Of a DNA stretch of 64,000 bases, positions 49,835-61,230 are shown piece after piece. Source of the DNA: Malacoraja senta (lineage: Eukaryota); assembly GCA_038087875.1 (NCBI GenBank), contig CM075993.1, forward strand, positions 1,304,001 to 1,368,000, read 5' to 3'. Within the stretch, counting starts at the first letter, position 1. Each line of letters opens with the position of its first letter. The notes under the pieces were generated by a model that was not told the DNA's origin, searched no databases, and saw only the letters and a program-made list of their open reading frames with translations. Position numbers and translations under genes: made by a program.

Positions 49835-50159
49835 GTGAGTTCTAGACGGCATTGTTTTGTGTCGAGCTTACCTGCAGGCTGAAGGTTTGTGAGCAACGTA
49901 TGGGCCCCAACCCTGAGGCCGGGAACCTCTGCTGTGGTGGGCTCCAGGTTCTGAGCTTACAGTAGCTGCTGCTGTGTAACCTGTGGACAAGCCGCTGGGC
50001 TCCAGGGACACGTGTTGGCTGCTCGAGGTCCAGTGTCTGAAAGGCTTCACCCAAGTCCATCCACATCAAGGGAGACAACCAGTGGACCAGTCACCAAGCA
50101 ATGCAACAATCAAACAGATGTGGGCAAACTGAATTCAGGTCGATGGCCTGTATTAACAT

Positions 50160-50710
50160 AGACACTAGGTGCAGGAGGAGGCGTTTGGCCCTTCGAGCCA
50201 GCACCACCATTCATTGTGATCATGGCTGATCGTCCCCAATCAATAACCCATGCCTGCCTTCTCCCCATATACCTTAATTCCGCTAGTCCCTAGAGCTCTA
50301 TCTAACTCTCTTTTAAATTCATCCAGTGAATTGACCTCCACTGCCTTCTGTGGCAGAGAAGGCCACAAATTCACAACTCTCTGGGTAAAAAAGTTTTTTC
50401 TCATCTCAGTTTTAAATGGCCTCCCCTTTATTCTTAGTCTGTGGCCCCTGGTTCTGGACTCACCCAACATTGGGAACATTTTTCCTGCAACTAGCTTGTC
50501 CAGTCCTTTTATATTTTATATGCTTCTATAAGATTCCCTCTCATCCTTCTAAATTCCAGTGAATACAAGGCCAGTCTTTCCAATCTTTCCTCATATGACA
50601 ATCCTGCCATCCTGGGGATTAACCTCGTGAACCTACGCTGCACTGCCTCAATAGCAAGGATGTCCTTCCTCAAATTAGGAGATCAAAACTGCACACAATA
50701 CTCCAGATCA
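50160..50710 (-). mobile_element. CR1-clade LINE 3' fragment, minus strand
   Basis: MFPMLGESRTRGHRLRIKGRPFKTEMRKNFFTQRVVNLW. Similar - fragments at ~56373-56665 and 61890-62330. Confidence 0.88.
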
Positions 50711-50840
50711 GCATCTTTAAGTTAGGTAGGGGATGGGACAGGGAAGGCAGGGGGACAGGTAGCTGAGGGACAGCCAAGTCACATTGAGGAGCCAAATTGT
50801 CTTCCGCAATGGTGGAAAATCTGGACTTCAGCAGAGAGAT

Positions 50841-50965
50841 CTTCCTGCGTATGGCGTGCACAGCCTAAAGTTGTAGGCCAGCTTGATCTATTTGTTTGTG
50901 CACGTCGGGTTGATTGCATTAGTCAAAACAGGGTGGACCAGGTGAAGGTTGCAATCTCCCAACCC
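50841..50965 (-). mobile_element. Short non-autonomous retroelement with 5' HDV-like ribozyme fold and GAA-type tail
   Basis: Flanked by direct repeat agcagagagat (50830-50840 / 50966-50976); homologous to 25802-25927; ends CCATACGCAGGAAG. Confidence 0.85.
50912..50965 (-). ncRNA. Predicted HDV/CPEB3-like self-cleaving ribozyme (54 nt, minimal P4)
   Basis: Minus strand: GGGUUGG(P1) GA GAUUGCA(P2) ACC(P3) UUCACCU(L3) GGU(P3') CCACCCU(P1') G UUUUGA CUAA(J4/2) UGCAAUC(P2'). Confidence 0.75.
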
Positions 50966-51391
50966 AGCAGAGAGATGTCTGTCAGTCTTGGTCATTTTCA
51001 GCTATGACGTGCCAGGTTCCCACGGTTGAAATCTTATCTTTGCTCCTTGCCAGAGTGATTCGATTGTTGAAGTCTGGTTAATTACATAAAGCACAGGAGA
51101 TGATTTTCTATTGTGCTGCTGGTGCTCCGTGTAGACTTCTCAGACGTGAAACTCCCTTCCATCTTCATCAGAAGACAGCTCATCATGCCTTTTGGCAGAG
51201 AGGTTTCCTATTAATCGATTCAGCGATCGATTAAATATTTCAGTAATCGATTTGATGTTCGATTATGAAATTATTTCATGTTATCCTGATCATTTATTTT
51301 GTTTCGTAAAAGGATTTTATTTGTCTCCTACTTTTTTTTTAAATTTCTCCATCTTCATTGCATTATTAATAGATTACTGCTTTTTACTCAG

Positions 51392-51477
51392 TCTTTTCAT
51401 TCCCGGTCCCAACGGCAGAAGATAATCTCTTAAAGCTGAACAAACCTTTGCCAAAACAGCTGTGGGAAGCGAAGAAG
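51392..51477 (+). CDS. CRTC3: CRTC3 coding exon 8
   Basis: tttttactcag|(V)FSFPVPTAEDNLLKLNKPLPKQLWEAKK|gtgagt; KPLPKQLWE is CRTC3-like; 86 nt, phase 1-0. Confidence 0.92.
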
Positions 51478-52191
51478 GTGAGTGGCTGATTGCTTCAGCA
51501 AACATCTCTGATGTTTGGTTTCCTGCATCTTTCTTTTGGAATCCATGTTTCCCCTGGTGAAGCCTCTTCATGTCATTCTCACCCAGTGCTGGTTTCACAG
51601 TCACTTCAGGGATTGAGTTTCACACAAACTAAATCGACTGTAAAACCACGAGTGCTATTGGAGGGGGGGTGGGGAGGCTGGGCTTTCAGTTTTGATTCTG
51701 CTGTTAAGGAGTACGTACTATATTGATGTGTAGGAAAAAACTGCAGATGTGTTGGAAGGAACTGCAGATGCTGGTTTAAACCGAAGATAGACACGAAATG
51801 CTGGAGAAACTCAGCAGGACAGGCAGCATGTCTGAAGAAGGGTTTCGACACGAAAGGTTGCCCGTTCCTTCTCTCCAGAGATGCTGTTGCCTGTCCCGCT
51901 GAGTTGCTCCAGCATTTTGTGTATCTCAGACTATATTGATGTCGGTTTATGAAGTGCCGATCTGGACTCTTCCCTCCTTCCCACCTCTACACTTGCTTCG
52001 AAAGCTTGCACACTCCGCATCTGCAGTTCCTTCCTACATATATTGAGAGGGGGTGGGGACAAGACTTGAGCTAGGTATGATGTGTTTCCTACGTTGACTT
52101 GCTGTAGCCAGGGTCGCTCCTTCTCTCAGACCCTCCCCCACAATGTTCAGAAACTGGGTATTTTAATCTTCACCCTTGCTCTGTCCCTCAG

Positions 52192-52241
52192 GTTCAATCT
52201 TTGTCATTGCGTCCCAAATCCTGTGAAGTGCCCGGGATCAG
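52192..52241 (+). CDS. CRTC3: CRTC3 coding exon 9
   Basis: ccctcag|VQSLSLRPKSCEVPGI(S)|gtgagt; 50 nt, phase 0-2. Confidence 0.92.
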
Positions 52242-52279
52242 GTGAGTGGATTTGCTACTTTGTGCTCTGCCTTCTCTCG

Positions 52280-52650
52280 TTTTTTTATCTATAACAAAAA
52301 TAAATGGAATCAATTATTGCAACAATAATATATGCAACACAAAACAATACCAAACAAATCCACCACCATAAAACAAAATCACCCAACTACTGTATCAAAA
52401 CAAATATTCCTAAATGCTACACTCTTAAACAACTGTGTTACAATCCTTGCCAAGGCTGCATTCCACCCCCCGTGGTGCCAAGCGGTCCCGGAAACCCCCC
52501 AGGGCGCCCGTGGACAGCGCGTAGTCCCTCTCTAACACCACCCGAGCGCGGACATAACCCCGGAAAAGGGGCAGGCAGCCGGCTCGGGCAGAGCCCTCTT
52601 CCGCCTGGCGCCGTGACTCACGGATGGCCAGCTTGGCCAGGCCAAAGGTT
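52280..52650 (-). mobile_element. Tx1-like (L1 group) LINE 3' end
   Basis: GLAKLAIRESRR...CLPLFRGYVRARVVLERDYALSTG...FRDRLAPRGVEC* followed by a T/G-rich 3' UTR and short poly(A) on the minus strand; CpG-rich. Confidence 0.65.
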
Positions 52651-53136
52651 GCACTGTCCTGTAGTGTAGTCCTTGACCACTTGATGATCATTGGGAAATT
52701 TGACCAATATAAATTGGTCACTACAAATGCAAAATATTGTCTCCTAAGATGGTTTAACACTTTCCATGTGGTGTTGACGGTGCTGTCCCCCCCCCCCCAC
52801 CCCCCCCACATATCTCTCCACCTCCACTGACGGGATGGAGTATATTCTGTGTCCCACCTCACTCTGCCTAGGCAAGGCCAGCCATAATCAAGGACCAGTC
52901 CAGCATCTCTGGAGAGAAGGAATGGGTGACGTTTCGGGTCGAGACCCTTCTTCAGGCTGGAAGTCACTCCAGAGATGTTGCCTGACCCGCTGAGTTACTC
53001 CAGTATTTTGTGTCTATCTTGGATTAAAACCAGCATCTGCAGTTCCTTCCTACTCACATCTCGGACACTTGCGGACGTGGCAATGTGCGAACATCTGGTG
53101 TTGAACTCAAGGTTGTGTTTTGTTTCCCGGTCCCAG

Positions 53137-53354
53137 TATCTACCCGTCCCAGGACCAGAACGCCGGCTTGTCCCATTTCCAGGGCTCGCTGAACACGGGC
53201 GGCTCACTGCCCGACCTCACCAACCTCCACTTCCCGTCGCCTCTGCCCACCCCGTTGGATCCCGAGGACAACCCGTACCCCAACATCAGTGGAGGCAGCA
53301 GCACCGGCAACCTGGCAGCCACCATGACACATCTGGGCATCAGCAGCTCCCAAG
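53137..53354 (+). CDS. CRTC3: CRTC3 coding exon 10
   Basis: tcccag|(S)IYPSQDQ...[27 protein letters not shown]...[10 protein letters not shown]|gtgaga; 218 nt, phase 2-1. Confidence 0.95.
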
Positions 53355-53605
53355 GTGAGAGGAAACATCCAGCTGTGGCTCCCGGTTCATGTGCTCTTCT
53401 TCTGTGAACCATGCTGTCGGGAATGCCTTACTGTTCACTAGTGGGTGAACACTAGTGTCCACTGGTGACCCTCCGCCTCCTCCTGGTATTCTAGTTCCTT
53501 GACCGGGACTTTGGCCAGCCGCCCGCCGTGGGTCAGTGTTGCCCTTTGTCTGCCAACCATGCGGTTTCTCAGCGTTGGGGATGTTAAACGGTTCATGTGA
53601 TTTTG

Positions 53606-53849
53606 AACATGTGATCATTCAACATGTGATTATTCAACATGTGATCGTTCAACATGTGATCATTCAACATGTGATCATTCAACATGTGATTATTCAACAT
53701 GTGATTATTCAACATGTGATTATTCAACATGTGATTATTCAACATGTGATTATTCAACATGTGATTATTCAACATGTGATTATTCAACATGTGATTATTC
53801 AACATGTGATCGTTCAACATGTGATCATTCAACATGTGATTATTCAACG
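53606..53849 (+). repeat. 15-bp minisatellite AACATGTGATYRTTC, ~16 copies
   Basis: Direct reading; gives the spurious (QHVII)n ORF. Confidence 0.95.
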
Positions 53850-54368
53850 TGATTATTGAACACGCCAACATCAAACATGTGGACTTTTGAACACGTGAAC
53901 ATTGCATGTGCAGGAAGGAACTGCAGATGCTGGTTTAAACAGAAGATAGACACAAAATGCTGGAGTAACTCAGCAGGACAGGCAGCATCTCTGGATGAAC
54001 ATTGACATGTTCAAAGTTGACATGTTCATCCAGAGACGCTGCCTGTCCCGCTGAGTTACTCCAGCACTTTGTGTTTTTTGTAAACCAGTATCAGCAGTTC
54101 CCATTTCTACGTGTGAGTGTTGAAGGCGTGAGTGTTGAAGGCAACATGTTGAGTGCATGTTCGGAAGAAGGGTCTCGACCCAAACGTTGGCATTTCCTTC
54201 TCTCCATAGATGCTGCCTCACCTACTGAGTTTCTCCAGCATTTTTTGCCTACCTTTCGATTTTTCCAGCATCTGCAGTTCTTTCTTAAACAGGTGGAGCG
54301 TATGTTGCTTTCCCCGTCGCACCAAGCTGATGATTAAATCCGTTGTGTGTCTGTTTGTTCCTGCCCAG

Positions 54369-54661
54369 GTCTGTCGTCCTCCTTGCACAGCTCGCTGAGT
54401 AACCCATCCATACAAGCCTCGCTCACCAACTCCATGGTGCCCTCTCCACTGAGCAACCACTCCCTCAGCAACCCCCCAATGCAGTCCGCCCTGCGATCAT
54501 CGCTCAGCAACCCGTCCATCCCCACCGCCTTGAACAGCTCGCCCCGCCGTCGCCAGACCCCGGTCAGTCCGCTGACCCTCTCGCCGGGCATGGAGCCTCG
54601 CAGGTCACTGACCAAACAGTTCTCGCCAACCATGTCGCCAACGCTGTCTTCAATCGCACAG
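54369..54661 (+). CDS. CRTC3: CRTC3 coding exon 11
   Basis: ctgcccag|(G)[18 protein letters not shown]...[17 protein letters not shown]...[16 protein letters not shown]|gtgagt; 293 nt, phase 1-0. Confidence 0.94.
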
Positions 54662-55690
54662 GTGAGTCTCCTCTCCCGTCAGCGTCGGCTCGGCTGTGCA
54701 TTGAGGATCAGTTTATTGTCGCGTGACAGTGAAAAGCCTTTGTTGCGTGCTAACCAGTCAGCGGGAAGACAATACAGCGATACATTTACAGTGCATAGAT
54801 ACATGATAAGGGAATAACGTTTAGTGCAAGGTAAAGTCAACAAAGTCCGGTCAAGCCGTCCACAAGTGTACAGATAAAGGGAATAATGATCCGTGCAAGA
54901 TGAAGTCCAATCAAAGATAGTCTGAGGGTCACCATTGAGGTCGATAGTAGTTCAGGATTGGTCTCTGGTTGTGTTAGGATGGTTCATTTGCCTGATAACA
55001 GCTGGGAAGAAACTGTCCAGTGCCTGTCCCACTTGCCGATGTTTTCAGCGCCTGCCGGCGTCATTGACTGACGTATCAGGGCTGCCGAAAGATTTTGAAC
55101 GTTTCAAAATCCAGCGGCGACAAAAACAAATGTTGCGACACTTGAGGAGATCGATACGTCATCACGCCACGACTTTACCGGTGACCTGACACATCAGTCA
55201 ATGATGCCGACAGTCGCCGAAAATATCGCCAAGTGGGACAGGCCCTTCCCGGAATCTGGAGCTGTGCGTTTTCACACTTCGGCACCTTTTGCCTGATGGG
55301 AGCGTGTACCAGTAAAGCTGCAACTCTGCCGCTACACCTTGGAGAAATTGGAAATTATACCCTGACTTAAGGAATCCGAGTTTGAGTTGAGTTTATTGTC
55401 ACATGTATCGAGGTACAGTGAAAAATCTCACGCTTTCATTAGATTAGTCAGGGCGTCAAAGGCTACAGGGAGATGGGATTGAGAGGGAAAAATAGATCAG
55501 CTGTGATCGAATGGTGGAGCAGACTCGATGGGCCGAATGGCCTAATTCTGCTCCTATATCTTGTGATCTTATGGTCTCAGTTGCTGCCCTGCTGGTTGAC
55601 GAAGGGGCAGAAGATGAGTGAGAGTGTTCTCTGGGCAGTGGGCTGGAGGGGAGAATCCACCCGGTCTAACCCTGGCCTTTGGTCTTGCAG

Positions 55691-55870
55691 GGAGTGGCCT
55701 TGGACACCAGTAACATGGCAATGGAACATCTGCCGCCTTACCCGATCTACCAGCACCTACAGCAGCCCCAGCACTTGATGCACCAGACTCAGCAAGCATT
55801 GCTCCAATCACCAATCTCCACTATCCATCAGCTCTCTCAGCCTCTGCCACTTGAGCTACCATCCCCCAAC
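55691..55870 (+). CDS. CRTC3: CRTC3 coding exon 12
   Basis: tcttgcag|GVALDTSNMAMEHLPPYPIYQ...ELPSPN|gtaagt; 180 nt, phase 0-0. Confidence 0.9.
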
Positions 55871-56811
55871 GTAAGTCTCCAGATGTTTAAACATGTTACA
55901 CACCTGTATTTATTCTCATGTTTATTTTTTGGAGATACAGCATGGAAACAGGCCCTTCGGCCCACCATGTCCTTTATAAAAGGACAGACGGGAGCAATGC
56001 ATTTGGTCTGCATGCATTTGGTCCATATTCCTCCAAACCTGCCCGATCCATGTAAACCAGTCCTATCCACATTGAAACGTATAGAATAGTGAAAGGCTTA
56101 GATAGAGTGGATGTGGAGAGGATGTTTCCACTAGTGGGAGAGTCTAGGATTAGAGGTCATAGCCTCAGAATTAAAGGATGTTCCTTTAGGAAGGAGACGA
56201 GGAGCAACTTCTTTAGTCAGAGGGTGGTGAATCTGTGGAATTCATTGCCACAGATGGCTGTGGTGGCCGAGTCAGTGGATATTTTTAAGGCTGAGATTGA
56301 TAGATTCTTGATTAGTACGGGTGTCAGAAGTTATGGGGAGAAGGCAGGAGAATGGGGTTAGGAGAGATAGATAAAAACATAGAAAATACAGGAGTAGGCC
56401 ATTCGGCCCTTCGAGCCTGTACCGCCATTCAATATGATCATGGCTGATCATCCAACTCGGTATCCTGTACCTGCCTTCTCTCTATACCCCCTGATCCCTT
56501 TAGCCACAAGGGCCACATCTAACTCCCTCTTAAATATAGCCAATGAACTGGCCTCAACTACCTTCTGTGGCAGAGAATTCCACAGATTCACCACTCTCTG
56601 TGTAAAAAATGATTTTCTCATCTCGGTCCTAAAAGACTTCCCCCTTATCCTTAAACTGTGACCCCTTGTACTGGAGATCAGCCATGATTGAATGGTGGAT
56701 TAGACTTGATGGGCTGAATGGCCTAATTCTGCTCCTATCACATGACCTTATGGCCATGTACTCCGGGCGTTTGTGTGTGTCTTCTCTCACCCTGTGTGTT
56801 CTCTTTGACAG

Positions 56812-56895
56812 AACGACATCGTGGATAATTTCTTCAGCGATCCGTACTTTGAGCAGCAGTTACTGGCCAGTCAGTCCAAGCCTCTGTGCCAGCAG
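56812..56895 (+). CDS. CRTC3: CRTC3 coding exon 13
   Basis: ctctttgacag|NDIVDNFFSDPYFEQQLLASQSKPLCQQ|gtaaag; 84 nt, phase 0-0. Confidence 0.88.
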
Positions 56896-57134
56896 GTAAA
56901 GGAGTTTGCCATCAGCAGGCCTGTGGACATCCACAGCTGTGTAGGGATAGCAGAGTATGACCGGGCAGTGGTAGGCTGACTATTGTACACCCTGATGTCC
57001 TTGCTGATCACAATGCGACGTGGTCTTCACCCTCACCTGTAGAGTCCAGGTCTTGTGTTGACGTCAGCCCATCTGTTACCTGCGTTACCTTGCAGACGTT
57101 GTGGCTTGGAACATTGTCTCCCCCTCAGCAACCC

Positions 57135-57255
57135 CCGTATCCCCCCTCACCTGACCCCCCTCACCTGTCCCCCTCACCTGTCCCCCCTCACCTGACCCCC
57201 CTCACCTGTCCCCCCTCACCTGTCCCCCTCACCCCCCGCGCTCACCTGTCCCCCC
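57135..57255 (+). repeat. C-rich ~14-bp minisatellite (CCTCACCTGWCCCC)n
   Basis: Direct reading. Confidence 0.8.
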
Positions 57256-57775
57256 ATCACCCCCCGCCCCACTCTCCTGGACCCCTCACCCCACCCCCCT
57301 CCGAGCCAGCACCGCCATTCAATGTGATCATGGCTGATCATCCTCTCCAGGAGCTTCTTGATCTACATTGAGTGTGGAGCCGGCTACAGGCTCGTCCCTC
57401 ACATCCCACCCGCTCCCCTCCACTGTAGAACACCATGTGCTGGAGTAACTCAGCCGGTCAGGCAGCATCCTTCTGTCGGTACCCTATACGTGGAGACTCT
57501 TTGCATCCTTTGTGTATAGTATAGTATACAAAACAAAGTATTTCACCGTGACTTGTCACATTTGATAATAACGTATCAATCAGGAGATGGGCAGGTGACA
57601 TTACAGTTCTGGGGAAAGTCACAAGCCTACCCCAATCAGTCTGAAGAATCAGTCCAAAACGTCATCTCCACAGATGCTGCCTGACCAGCTGAGTTACTCC
57701 AACACTCGGTGTTTTGCTCCAGACCCCAGCGCATGCAGTCTCTTGCGCCCCACTGTAGCGTTATTTCTCAAGGTT

Positions 57776-57959
57776 CACAAAAATGCTGGAGAAACTCAGC
57801 GGGTGCAGCAGCATCTATGGAGCGAAGGAAATAGGCAACGTTTCAGGCCGAAACGTTGCCTATTTCCTTCGCTCCATAGATGCTGCTGCACCCGCTGAGT
57901 TTCTCCAGCATTTTTGTGCACCTTCGATTTTCCAGCATCTGCAGTTCCTTCTTTAACAC
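57776..57959. mobile_element. Fold-back Penelope-terminus unit with 14-bp TSD just upstream of exon 14
   Basis: TSD tatttctcaaggtt at 57762-57775 and 57960-57973; near-perfect inverted arms. Confidence 0.82.
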
Positions 57960-58012
57960 TATTTCTCAAGGTTGTTCTGTTCCTCTTCCCCCCCCCCCCC
58001 CCCCCCCCCAAG

Positions 58013-58226
58013 CTGAACCAGTTCAACGTGCTGGACCGGCAGTCTAGCTCCCTGCCGATGAGCGGAAGTAACTTCTACAACCTGGGCTCCAGCCTTCACT
58101 TCTCGCAGGCAGCCTTGCTGGGTCTGAGCGGGAGTTACGGCAGCCTCCAGGACCCGCTGCCACAGCTGAAACCCAACCAGTTCTACTCCACCTGCACCGG
58201 AAACATCCCCAACATCATCCTGACAG
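58013..58226 (+). CDS. CRTC3: CRTC3 coding exon 14
   Basis: poly(C)-aag|LNQFNVLDRQ...GSSLHFSQAALLGLSGSYGSLQD...GNIPNIILT|gtgagc; 214 nt, phase 0-1. Confidence 0.9.
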
Positions 58227-58840
58227 GTGAGCAGTCCCAGGTGTGACAGGTGAGGGAGGTGAAGTCTTGGTGGGAGGATGCTCAGGAAGCACAAATTTGC
58301 CAAGGACATCCCTTACCACATGCCCTTTCACCCTGACTGAGATCAGGGGTGTTCCAAGAATTACTGTGTGTCCATAAGAACTTGGGGTCGGGGCAGCGCA
58401 GCAGGTAGAGCTGCTGCCTCACAGCACCAGAGATCCGGGTCTTCTTGTCTCAGTATCAGACCCGGAGTCCTGGCAGTACTGGGTGGGTGATTCATGGCGA
58501 GGGGGCTGCTGGTAACATTTGCCAAGCTCTCAATCCTTAAATCCTTTAATCTCCCTAAATGTCAAACAGCAGAGGGGTAAAAGGGCAGCAGATGGGTAAA
58601 GTGTAAAGGAGGTCTTTGGGGCAAGTTTTCTATACACAGAAGGTGGTGAATGCCTATCCCTATGCTAGGCTAAAGCTGGGCTTAAGTTAGGCTAAGGCTA
58701 ACCTAAGATAATCTAATCTAAAACCAGGCCCAGCTAAAGTGAGATCTTCAGGGAGGTAAAGTACCATCAGGACAGGACAGGATGAGGGTAGAGGTGTGAA
58801 TTACCGATGGTCACTTCATTCTGCGCCCGTTACTCCCCAG

Positions 58841-59049
58841 GTGACTCCCCCCCCAGCCTGTCCAAGGACATCAGCAGCGCGCTGGCCGGAATCACGGACA
58901 CCACCTTTGACACGGACACCCAGTTCCAACTGGACGATGATCTGAAGATGGAGCCACTGAGCCTGGACGGCCTGAACATGCTGAGTGACCCTGACCTGGT
59001 GCTGACTGACCCCTCCATCGAAGACACATTCAGGACTGACCGCATGTAA
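58841..59049 (+). CDS. CRTC3: CRTC3 terminal coding exon 15 (TORC_C transactivation domain)
   Basis: ctccccag|(G)[16 protein letters not shown]...[38 protein letters not shown] at 59047-59049. Confidence 0.95.
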
Positions 59050-61193
59050 CCAGTGTGCCCAGTGCCTAGCGCGACAGGGTGAGAATGTTTCTGGACACTT
59101 GATGAGTGAAGAATAACATTTACAGCAGGGCACCGTTGAAGCTCGACTTATTTTTTTAATCATTAAAGCACTAGCCGTTGCTTCCGTTTTGGTTTTTAAC
59201 TATGTGCATTGAGACATTGGTTTAGCTGGGTTACGGCCGATATGTTTTTCCGTGTATTCTGACTGTTGTCACGGGAAAGGCCAGTACGTTAAAGACAGGA
59301 AATCCTAGTTCTGTAAATTATTGGCGTAGCTACATTGTCCCAGTCCACCGGTGGGAGTTAATGCAGGGCGAGTCCCACACACTGCCCACCGCGTTCCCTC
59401 ATTCTACCAGGCTCGGCTGGGTCGGGAGTGAGTGCCACAGAACCAGTGGGAGCAGAGAAAACAGGCAGCGTCCGGGGATAGACTGGGAGGACGGTTTAAC
59501 CCCTCCCGATCCTGTTCAATGTTGGCCCACAGTCTTGCTCACACGGCGCGCAGGTACCGCTGACATCGACCCGCAACCCGCCCTTCCCTGACCACCAGAG
59601 ATCGGCCGGACCTACACAGACCCGCTGTCCTTTCATTAATCACTGGGAAGCCAGTGATTGAAATTGTGTCGGACCAGGAGGCGGCCATTAGACACTGGGT
59701 CTGAGACTGGACACTGGGTCCAAGGGCAGTCACTGGGTCCGAGACGCCACTGGGTCTGAGAGATCACTGGACATTGGGTCTGGGGAGAACAGACACTGGG
59801 ATCAGTGACCTGCCATGTTTATATTGAGGTCAATGGTCAGCCAGTCAGAGGGTCGGTATGGTGCCAGTGGTCACAGGGCCAGAGGTCACGGAGCCAGTGG
59901 TCACGGAGCCAGTGGTTGTGGTGCCAGTGGTCAGTCAGTGGTCATGGAGCCAGTGGTCAGCCAGTGATCCCAGGGCTAGTGGTCAGTCAGTGGTCTTGGT
60001 TTCAGTGGTCAGCCAGTGGTCGCTGGTTCTCTAACAACCCCCCTGAGGACGTTGCAGTTTTGTCTCCCAGTGAAATACACACGAATTATCGCAGTAACGA
60101 GCTCCGGCCATTATTTTTAATTATGAAATGGAAGGATTTTAAATGATATTATGGGGGGGGGGGGGGGGGGGGTGTTTTGATCTCCACTGACCAGTGGCAT
60201 CTTGCTCACTCCCCGTTACAATATGTATAAAATTTATAACTCTTTATTAGCAAAGCAATTCCTCGATTGTATAGGGAGGAATTAAAATAAACTATCAGCA
60301 TTACTGATATCGAGATGGTGAAAAAGTATATTTTTAAATGACTATATTGTACAGGTTAATAGATTCTGGATGCCTTAACAGCTGCTTCCTGTTTGTTGAG
60401 AGGGAAGGCAGATGTTTGTACGATGGGCAGCAGCCAAAAGTTTGATTAGAAAGTTTCTCTAAATGTTTGGGCTTTCTCCCAGACGTTGAATGTCCTTGTG
60501 TTTGAGATGTGCCAACATGGTGTAGAATGTATGCAGCTCACAGCTGATCACACCTCTTCATCTGGAGTTCTCAATAACTATTTTTTTAAGTAAGTGTGGA
60601 CTCTTGTCTAATTCTATGCGTTTTGTCCAGAGTAAAACCTTCACCCAAATTGGAGCAGGCAGGCGATGTCTTTCTAACCGCCAGGCACTGAACTGTCGCC
60701 AGGGCTCGCTGCCTCTAGTACCTGTTTTTTACTTTCTGTAAGATAAGCTGATGATGATCTTGCTTCAAAGTGTATTTAATCCTGGCACTCTTTGGGGCTT
60801 GTCTGTCGCCGCCTATTACTATGGGAATATAGACACAAAATGCTGGAGTAACACAGCGGGGGGTCGGGCAGCATTCCTGGAGAGAAGGAATGGGTGACGT
60901 TTCTGAAGAAGGGTCTCCACCCGAAACGTCATCTATTCCTTTTCTCCAGAGAAGCTGTCTGACCGGTTGAGTTTCTCCAGCTTTTTGTGTCTATCTCGCA
61001 CCTCTGGGGACTATGGATAGGGGACGTTTGGGGTCGGGACCATTCCACGTTGGTGGGATGGATTGTTCACCCTTCACCCAAACGTTTGGCAAGGCCCGTG
61101 TCCTCAGAAACACCAGTGTCCATCTCTGGGGCAGTCACTGTCCACTCAGATAGCACCCACACACACACTGAGCACCCACCAACACACGCACGC

Positions 61194-61230
<37 letters not shown>

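Noticed and set aside
53536..53907. (QHVII)n / (NNHML)n repeat proteins; CRISPR-like appearance
   Set aside because: Translation of a 15-bp minisatellite with no unique spacers, in a vertebrate intron.
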